A stretch of 64,000 bases of DNA, from assembly GCA_032128875.1 (NCBI GenBank), contig JAVLKG010000012.1, positions 128,001-192,000 on the forward strand, given 5' to 3'. This DNA is from Candidatus Melainabacteria bacterium 17Bon1m. GTDB lineage: Bacteria > Cyanobacteriota > Vampirovibrionia > Obscuribacterales > Obscuribacteraceae. Positions 7,967 through 17,689 of this stretch are shown piece after piece; the stretch's first letter is position 1; each line of letters begins with the position of its first letter. Position numbers and translations under genes: made by a program. Under the pieces are notes generated by a model. The model did no database searches and was not told where the DNA came from. It was given only the letters and a program-made list of their open reading frames with translations.

Positions 7967-9919
7967 ATGATTCCGCATACGTTGGAAGCAAAACCGCGTC
8001 TGCTAGATTCGTTTCGGCTGAGCGCCATAATTTCCGGCAGCATCGTATTCTTTTACTGCCTGACTGTTGTAATCGGGTGGTATTGCGACGTTCATGCGCT
8101 AAAGATGCTATTCGGATTTGCAGTGCCCTTCGGCGCTGCAGTATCGTATATGGTGCTATCTTGCCTGGTGCTTTTGCTAGCGATCTTTCCTGACCGAAAT
8201 GATATCCGGTATTTTTGCTCGGGCGTATCTCTCGTTGCCGCAATTACCGGTGGTTTTAAACTTCTTGAATCCATTCAAGAAGCGGATTGGGACTGGTTCA
8301 ATCTCCCACTGTCCGGCGAACTCGCCAACGGTGTTATCCTGCAGTTTCCCGGGCAACTCACGCCCGATGGAATAATTGGAATTTTGCTGGTTTCCTCAAG
8401 TCTCTTTCTCATGACTCTGCACAATTCGAGATTCGATCCGATATGGCAGATTCTTCTCACCCTCACCGGTGCTGTTGCGCTTCTGCCTGTGGTGGGCTTC
8501 CTGCAAGGAATACCTGAGTTTTGCGGATTGTGGGGGTGCATCAAGGTTCCAGTCACGTTGGCCGCTTCCACGCTTGTGTTGTCCTTCGCGGTCTACTCTC
8601 TGCGTCCCGGCTCTGGCTGGTTTTCCCTACTGCTAGAACCCGACATGCTCGGCACTGCATTGCGTCGCAGTCTTTTTGCGTTGATGGTTTTGCTGCCTGC
8701 ATTCACGGGACTGAAAGCGGGTGCCGTAGCAACGCACGTAATTGACGAGAACACCGCTTCTCCTGCGCTGAGCGTGCTCAATTTGCTTGCCGCTGTTTCC
8801 ATCGTAATCTCCCAGTTTGTTTATGCATATCGCCGCGAGCAAAATCTTCGACGTGACACTGAACAAAAACTTGCAGATCTTTCTTCTAAAATGGCAGTTG
8901 GTACTAAAGATGGTGCAAGTTCTGCAAATCTGGTTGGATTCAGTCCGCGTTATGCGATTTGTCCAAAGTGCTCAAAACAGCTGGCTGCAACAGTTATGAA
9001 CTGCCCTGATGATGACTCTGCGATGAAAGTAGTCGATAAGCTCGAAGGTCAAATATTGGACGGCAAGTACAAGATTGTCGAATATCTCGGCTCCGGTGGA
9101 ATGAGCACCGTCTACAAAGCGCGACACATCGTACTCGATAAGATGCTAGCGTTGAAATTATTGCAACCGCATCTCCTTGGTAACGCGCGATTTGTTCAGC
9201 GTTTTCAGCGCGAAGCTCAGGCGATGGCACGCATGCAACACCCAAATTTGTTGACTGTGCACGAGTGTGGTTTTCTTGAAGGTGTTCCTTTCCTGTTACT
9301 CGATTTCATTGATGGAAAAAGTCTTGATGTCATCATTGCCGAGCGCTCTCGATTGTCTGTTGGCCAGATGATCGCTATCGTCATGCAAGTGTCAGACGGA
9401 CTTATCAACGCACACGACAACGGCGTTGTGCATCGGGACATCAAACCAGCGAACATCATGATTAGTGAGAACATTAAGGGCCGCGAGCTAGTTAAAGTGG
9501 TTGATTTTGGTCTCGCGAAAATGTTGGAAAGCGAGCAGTCCGTTATTCAACAGAAGATTTCACGGGAGGGCAACTCCGCCGGAAGCCCCATGTACATGAG
9601 TCCCGAGCAGTGCGTAGGAGATCCTGCCGACGCGCGCACTGACATTTATGCGTTGGGTTGTGTGATGTATGAGTGTCTCACCGGAAATCCGCCACTCTTC
9701 GGTGCGTCTGTTTTGGAGACCTTTAATAAGGTAATGAATGAAAAACCACAGCCAGTTTCGAGTGTGGTTGAGATTCCTCAAGAGTTAGATGAGCTCATTC
9801 TTAAATGTTTGGAGAAGAAGCCGTCAGACCGTCCCGCTTCTGTGTTGGAGTTTAGAACGGCGCTCAAAGATATTAAAGATCGCATGGCTGGTGGGCGGCG
9901 CGCCGCAAGCTCTGTGTAG
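7967..9919 (+). CDS. Multi-pass membrane Hanks-type Ser/Thr kinase with Zn-ribbon
   Basis: About 7 hydrophobic segments; CPKC...CPDD; GSGGMSTV, ALK, HRDIKPAN, DFG, YMSPE. Confidence 0.92.
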   Translation: MIPHTLEAKPRLLDSFRLSAIISGSIVFFYCLTVVIGWYCDVHALKMLFGFAVPFGAAVSYMVLSCLVLLLAIFPDRNDIRYFCSGVSLVAAITGGFKLLESIQEADWDWFNLPLSGELANGVILQFPGQLTPDGIIGILLVSSSLFLMTLHNSRFDPIWQILLTLTGAVALLPVVGFLQGIPEFCGLWGCIKVPVTLAASTLVLSFAVYSLRPGSGWFSLLLEPDMLGTALRRSLFALMVLLPAFTGLKAGAVATHVIDENTASPALSVLNLLAAVSIVISQFVYAYRREQNLRRDTEQKLADLSSKMAVGTKDGASSANLVGFSPRYAICPKCSKQLAATVMNCPDDDSAMKVVDKLEGQILDGKYKIVEYLGSGGMSTVYKARHIVLDKMLALKLLQPHLLGNARFVQRFQREAQAMARMQHPNLLTVHECGFLEGVPFLLLDFIDGKSLDVIIAERSRLSVGQMIAIVMQVSDGLINAHDNGVVHRDIKPANIMISENIKGRELVKVVDFGLAKMLESEQSVIQQKISREGNSAGSPMYMSPEQCVGDPADARTDIYALGCVMYECLTGNPPLFGASVLETFNKVMNEKPQPVSSVVEIPQELDELILKCLEKKPSDRPASVLEFRTALKDIKDRMAGGRRAASSV

Positions 9920-10003
9920 AAACACTGGGGCCGCGGTCAGCCTGCCGTCTTAGTCCGGAGCGCCAGCTTCCAGCAGGCATTAAGCCACCTCAAGGCTAAT
10001 ACC

Positions 10004-10025
10004 GGGCGATGCATGGCATCGCTCC
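10004..10025 (-). repeat. REP-like palindrome, family B
   Basis: Reverse complement GGAGCGATGCCATGCATCGCCC; lies between convergent genes. Confidence 0.7.
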
Positions 10026-10047
10026 AAGGCGACTGCTAAACACGTTT

Positions 10048-11277
10048 TTAAAAAATCGGCAAGCTCGGGAATGTGCCCGACCATGGTCCCGGCTCAGCCG
10101 AAGACGATTGAGCTAGATGGAATTGAATTAGCGCCTGTTCGATGTTGAGCCGGCGCTCGCGGAATTGTTTATATGTCCTCCCCGCCCGTTGCACCATTAT
10201 CTGCTGCTCTTCTGAGAGGAAGCCGCACTGCGAAAGCAAGTCGCGCACGTCTTCAGGTAGTCGTGGAGAGCGCGGCGCCGCCTTCAATTCCTGCCAAGTT
10301 TCTTCCAATTGCGATTCGAATCTGTCCTTGGCAATATTGGTTTCCTGTGCTGCTTTGTCATTGGTCTTAGGCAAAGCTCCTGCAAGTTTTAGGAAATAGT
10401 AGAAGGTCAGATCGCGCTCCTCTTGGGCTTCCGGATGCGTGGGCACGCCGTCTGCAATGCCTACCTCGGCGCGCAGCCTTCTTAGCTGCTGTATTCCTTG
10501 ATTGATTGAGATCTTTTCAGTGCGGATTAACCTTTGAATTTCAAGCGCTGCATAAACGGCTTGGGCTTTGACCCAATTGAGTTCGATGAGTGAATCACCC
10601 AGGTCTTTCTTCTGTTCTTGACTCACGCACATTGCCAAAGCAATATCCTTGTCTTCGATAAATCCAGCTGCGGTAAGCAAATTGCCTAGAGTCGACTGGC
10701 TTTCAATGGAGTCATGCGCCACATGCGTGATAACTTCCAGGCAGCGACGAGCGGAGTAGAGGCGGTCGATTGCTTCATCGCGACCGATGTCGCCATTGCG
10801 TACTTTCTCCTGTAAGCTGAGCGCATGCTCGATCAAGTCGTGGTGGGCGTCAGCTAGTGTTATTAAAACCTTGCCCAGATGGATTCCCGTCTTGTTCGCA
10901 ACGCTTAGTCTGGCTTTTATCTGTTCGCGCCCAATCGATTCGCTTTCGACGAGGTATTCGCCGAGGCGGTTGCGCGGTTTTGTCGACGCTTGAATGCCGA
11001 GCAAGTCCATCGCCAAACCGAACGAGATGCGTTTTTTCTTGACTAACGCCATTGCCTGGGTGGTCTGATCGGCAGTGATCACATGGTCGCGCAGAAAAGA
11101 CTGCGCGGCAATTGCGGAGCGCATTGTTTCCGTGTCAACGATGTCCAACATCGTCAGTACGAGACTGAGGGGCAGGTCTCGGTTATGTGATTCCTCGACC
11201 GCCGTTTCCATCTGTTGCCTTGAGGCTAGTTGCCAATCAACCAACAGTTCTCCGAGTAGAGAATTGGTATTCGCCAT
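10048..11277 (-). CDS. Stand-alone tandem MshEN/GspE-N-like repeat protein (paralogue A)
   Basis: LLGELLV, RLGEYLV, LGKVL, LGNLLTAAGFI, LGDSLI motifs in three ~95-aa units; no ATPase domain. Confidence 0.7.
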   Translation of the reverse strand: MANTNSLLGELLVDWQLASRQQMETAVEESHNRDLPLSLVLTMLDIVDTETMRSAIAAQSFLRDHVITADQTTQAMALVKKKRISFGLAMDLLGIQASTKPRNRLGEYLVESESIGREQIKARLSVANKTGIHLGKVLITLADAHHDLIEHALSLQEKVRNGDIGRDEAIDRLYSARRCLEVITHVAHDSIESQSTLGNLLTAAGFIEDKDIALAMCVSQEQKKDLGDSLIELNWVKAQAVYAALEIQRLIRTEKISINQGIQQLRRLRAEVGIADGVPTHPEAQEERDLTFYYFLKLAGALPKTNDKAAQETNIAKDRFESQLEETWQELKAAPRSPRLPEDVRDLLSQCGFLSEEQQIMVQRAGRTYKQFRERRLNIEQALIQFHLAQSSSAEPGPWSGTFPSLPIF

Positions 11278-11502
11278 AGCAAGATTCCTAATGTGTCAAG
11301 TTGCCGCACTTAGAACTTGATTGCCCTTTTAGATTCCCTCGGTACCGATTTAAGGTTCTATTTAAGCTTTGATTTCACTCAATTTCTCCCAATTCACCCA
11401 ATTGGGGGACGTTCTTGGTACCCTAGAGCCAAGTTCAGACAGTAAAAACGCCCCTGGTGTCCAGTTGGCAAAAATTATCAAAGCAATTTAGGGCGGTAAA
11501 AC

Positions 11503-12366
11503 ATGAATACATTGTGGCATGCAGTACTTCTCGTTGCGGTCTTTGTTGCCGTAGCGCTTGTAGGGCAGCGGCTAGTCAAAGGACGCGTGGAAATCGCGGT
11601 GCTCGAACAACACCACAGCGCTGCCGAAGGCATGCTTGGCGTTGTCGGCACGCTTTTTTCCGTGTTGCTCGGCTTCATGGTCGCAGCTGCGATGGCAAGG
11701 TACGGGGATGCCCAGATGCATGTTGAGCAGGAAGCGAATTGCGTCGCCAGCATTTTTCGTCTGGCGCGCGGCTTGGGCGATGACGATCGCCATCGCTTGC
11801 GTCAGTTGTGCCGGGATTATTCGAATGAAGTTTTGACTGTTGAATGGGAGCAGATGGCAAAACACGAAAAAATCAATCACGGTTGGAATGGATACCAAAA
11901 CCTTTGGGAAGGTGTTGTTGCCGTTGTACCGGAGAACGACAGGGAAAGCAATTTGCAGCAAGCGATAAATGACGCAATGATGGGCGTTGGTGAACACCGG
12001 CGCGCGCGTTTAATCCTGTCGCAGCAAGACTTGCCTAAAGCCCTATGGATTGTTGTTGCGTTCGGTTCCATAATCACAATCGGATTCACCTACGTCTTCA
12101 TGTCCCAGTTTCCTCACGTGCATGGATTCATGACCACAATGGTTGCGACTACCCTGGCGCTGAATATTTGGCTGCTTGCCGCATACAGCAGTCCGTTCAG
12201 CGGAGAATTGCAGATAAAGCCGATGATGTTCACCATGCTGAAAGAAAGTGTGTTCAGCGTACCTGATACCCCTTCGAAGTACCTGCACGACAACGGTCCT
12301 GCCAAAGAGGCTGTGGACGCAAAGGCTGGCACGAAAGCTGATGCGAAATCACCCAATCAAAAGTAA
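11503..12366 (+). CDS. DUF4239 / bestrophin-like membrane protein
   Basis: GVVGTLFSVLLGF...EANCVASIFR...RRARL...YSSPFSGELQIKP; about 4 transmembrane segments. Confidence 0.75.
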   Translation: MNTLWHAVLLVAVFVAVALVGQRLVKGRVEIAVLEQHHSAAEGMLGVVGTLFSVLLGFMVAAAMARYGDAQMHVEQEANCVASIFRLARGLGDDDRHRLRQLCRDYSNEVLTVEWEQMAKHEKINHGWNGYQNLWEGVVAVVPENDRESNLQQAINDAMMGVGEHRRARLILSQQDLPKALWIVVAFGSIITIGFTYVFMSQFPHVHGFMTTMVATTLALNIWLLAAYSSPFSGELQIKPMMFTMLKESVFSVPDTPSKYLHDNGPAKEAVDAKAGTKADAKSPNQK

Positions 12367-12372
12367 TGGAGA

Positions 12373-12401
12373 GAGCCGGTAAATCCGGCTCCTTTCTTTT
12401 T
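12373..12401 (+). terminator. Intrinsic terminator
   Basis: GAGCCGG-TAAAT-CCGGCTC followed by CTTTCTTTTT, just after the stop at 12366. Confidence 0.7.
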
Positions 12402-12523
12402 GTGCGCAGTCAGGCTATTTAAATGCCTGCGCCCCCGGAAGCTGTGAATCTTCGAAATTACCGTCCAGAAAGTGAAACTTCTTCTTTTAATAGTGGTAAG
12501 CAATCTTGAGAGGGCTTGCTTAA

Positions 12524-15500
12524 TTGAGCGGTGACAATCTAATAGGCACAAAAATTGGCGACCGTTATGAGGTCGAATCCGAGTTGGGCAAAGGAGCGCT
12601 CGGAGTAGTTTTTCGCGCCAGAGATGCCACGCTCGGGCGCGTTGTCGCAATTAAGGTTATGCAGGAGAAAATGGCTGCTGACACTGTCGCGGCTTTGAGA
12701 TTTCAGCGCGAGGCGAGAATGGCTGCATCATTGCAGCATCCAAATATCGTCACAGTCTATGACTTCGGCGTTTTACCTGATAATCGACCTTACATCGTGA
12801 TGGAATTTCTTGATGGTGAAAGCGTCGAGGAGGTGCTCAAACGCTCTATTCGCATGCAGTCATCTAAGGCTGTCCCGTTGTTCATCTCTGTGTGTCAGGC
12901 TCTGGCGCATGCGCACAAAAATGGCATAGTGCATCGAGATCTAAAACCCGCAAACATCGTCCTTATCAAAGACGAGATCGGTAATGACGTTGTCAAATTA
13001 GTGGATTTTGGTATTGCCAAACCCATGACAGAGCAAGATTCAGACCTCACGGTGGCGGGCACGGTGTTGGGCACACCCAGCTACATGAGTCCCGAGCAAT
13101 GTCTCGGAAAGCCGCTTGATGGGCGCTCTGACATTTATTCTCTCGGATGCGTGATGTATCACATCCTGACCGGCTTTCGTCCACTTACCGGCGATAGCGC
13201 ATTGGAGACACTAAGCAAACATATTTCCGAACAACCGCGTTCTTTTAGCGAAGTGGCGCAGGGTGTGCCGCTGCCTGCTGTTCTCGAGCGTTGCGTTTTT
13301 CGTGCTCTGATGAAAGCACCTGGTGAAAGACATCAGTCTGTCGTTGAGTTGCGAGATGAATTGGAAAATGCACTGACTTCCATTTGGTCACAGAAGGCTC
13401 CCGCCGGAAGAGAAAAACCAGACAGTGAGCCGACTGTGGTGACGAAGCCGAAGCTGAATACGAAAACCGCTGCTCCTGAGCCATTTGCTTTTTCGCCGTA
13501 CCCGGAGATTTATAAGGCACCAATAGTGGTGCCCGACGAGAAGCCAGCCAGTCCTGAATTTTTGCTCGAGCGAGCGCAGAGCGGCGACGGATATGCAATG
13601 TACAAGTATGCCGTTGCGCTGGAAACAGGTAATGGCGTCGATATAGACGAGAAAGCGGCACTTTTCTGGTACCGCAAGTCTTGTAATGCCGGATGTCCTG
13701 AAGGGCAGAACGAGATGGGACTGATTTACCAGTGGGGCGCGCTAGGTTTGGAGCCCAACCAAGATGAGGCTATTCGGCTCTTCACTGAAGCGGCGCAGCA
13801 GGGACATGCCAACGCGCAGAACAATCTTGGTTATATATTCGAAGTCATCGATGCAAAAGAGGCATTTCGCTGGTACAAAATGGCGGCAGAAGGTGGATTG
13901 CCGCTGGGAATGAGCAATTATGGTCGTTGCCTTTTATACGGAATTGGCAGCGACAAAAATTACCAAGAAGCATACAAGTGGTTGATGAAAGCTGCGGAGG
14001 CTGACGAAAAAAGTGACGGCGCTCAGTACATGCTCGGCGTCATGTTCTTCAATGGCGATGGCGTGGAAAAGGACCTTGTCCGCGCAGCGCAGTGGTACAA
14101 GAAAGCCGCAGAGAATGGCCATGATTCGGCTCAGTATGAACTCGCCCTCTGTCATTTATACGGAGACGGAGTCGAAGAAGACTATGACGAGGCGGTCTAC
14201 TGGCTTAAGGCTGGAAGCGCTCTCGGTAATGCCCAGTGTGATGAAAAGCTGGAAGAGCTAAATGCATCTCAAACATTGCCGGGGCTGAAAGTCGAAGACG
14301 TTGATCACTGGATGAGGCAATCATCGGTAAATACAACGGATGTTGTTGAACAACAGCTGCTCTTGATGCTCAAAACTCCAACGCACCATGATCTAAATCA
14401 GGCTGTGGTCGAACTCCACCCCGTTGCTGACAAAGGCAATGAAACCGCGCAATTGCTGTACGGTCGTTGTTTGGAAATGGGCATGGGACTGCAACAAGAT
14501 CTCGACAGCGCCTACTATTGGTACAAACGTGCATACGACTTTGGCTGCGATGTTGCGGAGCAGCATGCCGTTAAGTGTTTGCGCCTCTGTTTTGAAAACA
14601 ACATCTTTCCTGCGGATGCAGAGACTTTCCTACGATCATGCGCAAATAAAAAGAACACCAAAGCGATGATCAGCCTTGCTTACTACTATCGCTTTTTCAA
14701 TCCAAATGGTCGAGATTTCTCTGAAGCGCTGCGCTATTACAGAATGGCTGCAGAGAGCGGAGACAGTGAAGCGCAATATTTACTTGGGCGGTTTCTTGTT
14801 ATGAAAAACTTGCTCAAGCGCGAGCGCAACCTCGTAATTCGCTGGTGGGATGCTTCTCTGGAGAAGGGGCTGGACACCGCAACTACAGAGGAATTTGATG
14901 ACGAAGGTCACAAGAACGAACGCGCGGAAGCAATGAAGTATCTTAACTCTGCAGGTGAAGAAGGCTCATGCGAAGCTCTCCAGCTTTTGTCCAGTATGTA
15001 TCATCGAGGGCTTTTGGTTTTAGCAGATCCGGTGAAGTCCGCTGAATTGCTCATGAGAGCAGCTGAAATGGACGATATTAATGCGCAGGGGCTTTTAGGT
15101 GTCATCTTTCTCGAAGGCATTGGCGTAGAGAAGGACGAAAAGAAAGGGATAGAGTATCTAGCACTGGCGGCCGAAGCAAATAATTCGTTTGCTCAATGGA
15201 ATCTTGCACTTGCTTATATTGACGGCACCGGTGTTCTCGTAAATAGACCGCGGGCAAAGGCCCTTCTGGAGCGCGCAGCTGAAGGCGGTTTTTCTCAAGA
15301 TAAGCTCTGGTCAGAAGACGGGTTTAAGGATCGTTTTCAAAGATTGCTCGATTTGTTCCACGACCTGAGCGCGCGCGGACAAGTCGACGCCAACTACTGG
15401 CTGGGTATCTGCTACGAAAAGGGACTCGGCGTCAATCCTCAGCGCGATAAAGCTTTAGCGCTGTATTTGCGTGCGGCGCGTGATGGCTGCCAGCCTGCGC

Positions 15501-16339
15501 AGGCTGCATTTGACAGGCAACCGGAAAACCTAAAGAAGTTAGCGGAAAAACGAAACAAAGCAACTGGTGACAGTGTGCAAGTAAGCACAGACAGAGTCGA
15601 ACTTTCTCAAGCAATCAGAGTGGTGCGCGAATCCGATTCGGTTATGAATCGCTTCAAGCTCTACGAGGCTCTTAGTGAAAGTGAAGTTGTGCTGCCAGGT
15701 GAGGACAAAGGCAATGGCAACCAGCCTTTGACTATTACCAATGCGCGTGGCGAAGTCGGCGTAATAGTTTTCAGTGGAAAGAAAATGATTGCTGGTTGGG
15801 ATCCCGATAAGGAATTTGTATTGAGAACAATCAGCATGAAAGATCTTTGCAATATTGCGCTTGGCAAATCTATGGAAGCGGTAATTCTCGACCCGACGAA
15901 GGCAGGCGGAGTGATTTTGCGCAAGTGGGAGATGGAAGCGTTTGCAAAGTCGAAGTTGCCCATTGAGAGAGGGAAAACATGGGGTTGGGCGCAAGCAACC
16001 ATTAGTTCGGGCGCGCAAATTTCGCTGCGCCGCGCAGACGTAGATGACGTTGCGCGTTGTGGTGCCGACTTGAAGCGAGTGCTTCAGAAGCATTCAATAG
16101 TTAAACGCGGAATGATTTTCAACTGTTTTTTTGAGCCCGTAAATGAGCAAGAACAGCTTACTTTGGGTATTGAGCCAATGCCCAATCCAAGCAAAGAACA
16201 AGCGCTCGAATTGAGTAACGAGCTTATCTCACTCGGCCTTAAATCTGATACCGGCCTGCCACTAAAAGTAGTGTTTATTACTAACCCCGTAAGCGTCGAG
16301 TCAGCAATTAAGAATTCGAATATTCTCTACGAAAAGTAG
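12524..16339 (+). CDS. Ser/Thr kinase + Sel1-like repeats + C-terminal SseB-like domains
   Basis: HRDLKPAN/DFG/YMSPE; many AQYxLG...GxGV...WYxKAAExG repeats; C-terminal LYEAL..VVLP..IVFS..VILDP (SseB-like). Confidence 0.88.
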   Translation: MSGDNLIGTKIGDRYEVESELGKGALGVVFRARDATLGRVVAIKVMQEKMAADTVAALRFQREARMAASLQHPNIVTVYDFGVLPDNRPYIVMEFLDGESVEEVLKRSIRMQSSKAVPLFISVCQALAHAHKNGIVHRDLKPANIVLIKDEIGNDVVKLVDFGIAKPMTEQDSDLTVAGTVLGTPSYMSPEQCLGKPLDGRSDIYSLGCVMYHILTGFRPLTGDSALETLSKHISEQPRSFSEVAQGVPLPAVLERCVFRALMKAPGERHQSVVELRDELENALTSIWSQKAPAGREKPDSEPTVVTKPKLNTKTAAPEPFAFSPYPEIYKAPIVVPDEKPASPEFLLERAQSGDGYAMYKYAVALETGNGVDIDEKAALFWYRKSCNAGCPEGQNEMGLIYQWGALGLEPNQDEAIRLFTEAAQQGHANAQNNLGYIFEVIDAKEAFRWYKMAAEGGLPLGMSNYGRCLLYGIGSDKNYQEAYKWLMKAAEADEKSDGAQYMLGVMFFNGDGVEKDLVRAAQWYKKAAENGHDSAQYELALCHLYGDGVEEDYDEAVYWLKAGSALGNAQCDEKLEELNASQTLPGLKVEDVDHWMRQSSVNTTDVVEQQLLLMLKTPTHHDLNQAVVELHPVADKGNETAQLLYGRCLEMGMGLQQDLDSAYYWYKRAYDFGCDVAEQHAVKCLRLCFENNIFPADAETFLRSCANKKNTKAMISLAYYYRFFNPNGRDFSEALRYYRMAAESGDSEAQYLLGRFLVMKNLLKRERNLVIRWWDASLEKGLDTATTEEFDDEGHKNERAEAMKYLNSAGEEGSCEALQLLSSMYHRGLLVLADPVKSAELLMRAAEMDDINAQGLLGVIFLEGIGVEKDEKKGIEYLALAAEANNSFAQWNLALAYIDGTGVLVNRPRAKALLERAAEGGFSQDKLWSEDGFKDRFQRLLDLFHDLSARGQVDANYWLGICYEKGLGVNPQRDKALALYLRAARDGCQPAQAAFDRQPENLKKLAEKRNKATGDSVQVSTDRVELSQAIRVVRESDSVMNRFKLYEALSESEVVLPGEDKGNGNQPLTITNARGEVGVIVFSGKKMIAGWDPDKEFVLRTISMKDLCNIALGKSMEAVILDPTKAGGVILRKWEMEAFAKSKLPIERGKTWGWAQATISSGAQISLRRADVDDVARCGADLKRVLQKHSIVKRGMIFNCFFEPVNEQEQLTLGIEPMPNPSKEQALELSNELISLGLKSDTGLPLKVVFITNPVSVESAIKNSNILYEK

Positions 16340-16383
16340 GGGAGCCGCATGCGGCTCCCTGAGTCAGCGGCGCATGCGCCGCT
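16336..16383 (+). repeat. REP family A (GTAG + 20-bp perfect palindrome) plus an 18-bp secondary palindrome
   Basis: GTAG GGGAGCCGCATGCGGCTCCC (palindrome 16340-16359); AGCGGCGCATGCGCCGCT (16366-16383). Confidence 0.85.
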
Positions 16384-16388
16384 TGATT

Positions 16389-16877
16389 TCAAAAACGACT
16401 TGGATTCAATTCGTCGACTTGCCACTGTATTGGATTATCAGCAATGTACTGTCGGTATGCATTCAGTGCGGTTTCGTCACGTATCACTTTGTCGTGAAAA
16501 CTTCGGTGCCAAACATCTCCGTTGCCTTGAATGCCTTTTACTCTAGCTATCCTTGTAACTGCAGATTTGAACGAGTTCACAATTGTTGGCAACGTTGTTT
16601 TTCCGCTTTGAGTAATCTCAACTATGCAGTGAAGATGATTTGGCATCAGCACAAAGAAATCCGTATGAACAGTTGAAAAGTGCTGCGGGATCTCTCTCCA
16701 ACACTCGTGAATGATCAAACCAAGTTTTGAAGGATAACTTATTGCGTTTTCGACTCTCCCAAAGGTGCACTCATATTTAAAAGAACCGATGGTGATGAAG
16801 TAAAAACCAGCGCGGGAGTAGTCAAAATTGCGCAATCGATTTGGTTTTCGGTATCTTAATTCAGGTTGTACGATCAT
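16389..16877 (-). mobile_element. REP-associated tyrosine transposase (RAYT/TnpA-REP, IS200-like Y1 HUH)
   Basis: RLRNFDYS..YFIT, HUH motif MPNHLH, FKS, WHRSFHDKVIR, catalytic Tyr in YIADNP; GAGG RBS; flanked by REPs. Confidence 0.9.
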
Positions 16878-16906
16878 CGTTATTACCTCGCAGGGGTCAC
16901 AAGTAA

Positions 16907-16935
16907 TAAACGGAATTGCGGAGTAAAAAGTTCAA
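16907..16935 (-). promoter_or_regulatory. Putative ECF-sigma promoter TTGAAC-N17-CGTTTA
   Basis: Minus strand TTGAAC tttttactccgcaattc CGTTTA, 30 nt upstream of the RAYT ATG. Confidence 0.55.
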
Positions 16936-17011
16936 TGGCAAGCAGAAGATTTAATTACTAAAAGCGCCGAGTGAGAGTCAACATATAGGTGGGAAGATGT
17001 TGTCTTAGAGA

Positions 17012-17122
17012 TGCTGCGCGTGCGCAGCAGTGCAGGGAGCCGCATGCGGCTCCCGTACATACAAAACCGCATGCGGCTCCCGTACATACAAAACCGCATG
17101 CGGCTCCCGTACATACAAAACC
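17012..17122. repeat. Secondary palindrome + REP family A + 3 x 27-bp tandem array
   Basis: TGCTGCGC-GT-GCGCAGCA (17012-17029); GGGAGCCGCATGCGGCTCCC (17035-17054); CCGCATGCGGCTCCCGTACATACAAAA at 17040, 17067 and 17094. Confidence 0.92.
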
Positions 17123-17192
17123 TAGGAGGAACAAAGCGTAAGTGCCGCAGTCTTCAGGTTCATTCTGCCAAACACCTTATGGGGATTCGATC

Positions 17193-17666
17193 TTGAGTCG
17201 TTTTCAATTAAAAAACAAAATTATCCTGGCGCTAGTCATTGCCTTATTGCCACTGAGCACTTTTAGTGTTGACGCAAAGAAACCCAAAAAGGAAAAGAGT
17301 CAGACTGAGGCTTGCGAAAATGGGAAGAAGTGTGAGAAAGGAAAAAAGATGAACAAAATAACGAGTTTTACCTATCACCAGTCAGGTGGATTCGCGGCGA
17401 TTAATCGCGGTTATTCTGTAAAGCTCGCTGACTTGAGCGAAGATGAAGGAAGCAAGCTCACAGAATTGATTTCCACAAGCGGTCTTTTAAAAATGAAGAA
17501 CGAACACAAGACAACTCCCGGCGCTGCTGATATGTTCTTCTACGAGTTCAGTGCCATTAATGGTGGCGAGCATAAAGCAACTTACGATGATGGCAGTCTG
17601 CCACAGTCGTTTAGACCGTTGCTCGAATTCGTTCGCGACAAAGCTAAAGTCGAACCACGCAATTAG
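17193..17666 (+). CDS. Emfourin-like (protealysin/M4 peptidase inhibitor) protein with possible signal peptide
   Basis: SGGFAAI...L..L....LTELI...PGAADMFFYE...DDGSLPQSFRPLLEFV. TTG at 17193 follows GGGGA; an alternative ATG lies at 17349. Confidence 0.7.
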   Translation: MSRFQLKNKIILALVIALLPLSTFSVDAKKPKKEKSQTEACENGKKCEKGKKMNKITSFTYHQSGGFAAINRGYSVKLADLSEDEGSKLTELISTSGLLKMKNEHKTTPGAADMFFYEFSAINGGEHKATYDDGSLPQSFRPLLEFVRDKAKVEPRN

Positions 17667-17689
17667 CTCGCAGTCCAAATCTAGCTAGA

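Noticed and set aside
17040-17122. Possible CRISPR mini-array
   Set aside because: Units are identical head-to-tail with no unique spacers and no cas genes; the REP origin explains them.
16932-17196. Short ORFs with MYGSRMRFC / RMRLPYIQN repeats
   Set aside because: They are translations of the 27-bp DNA repeat.
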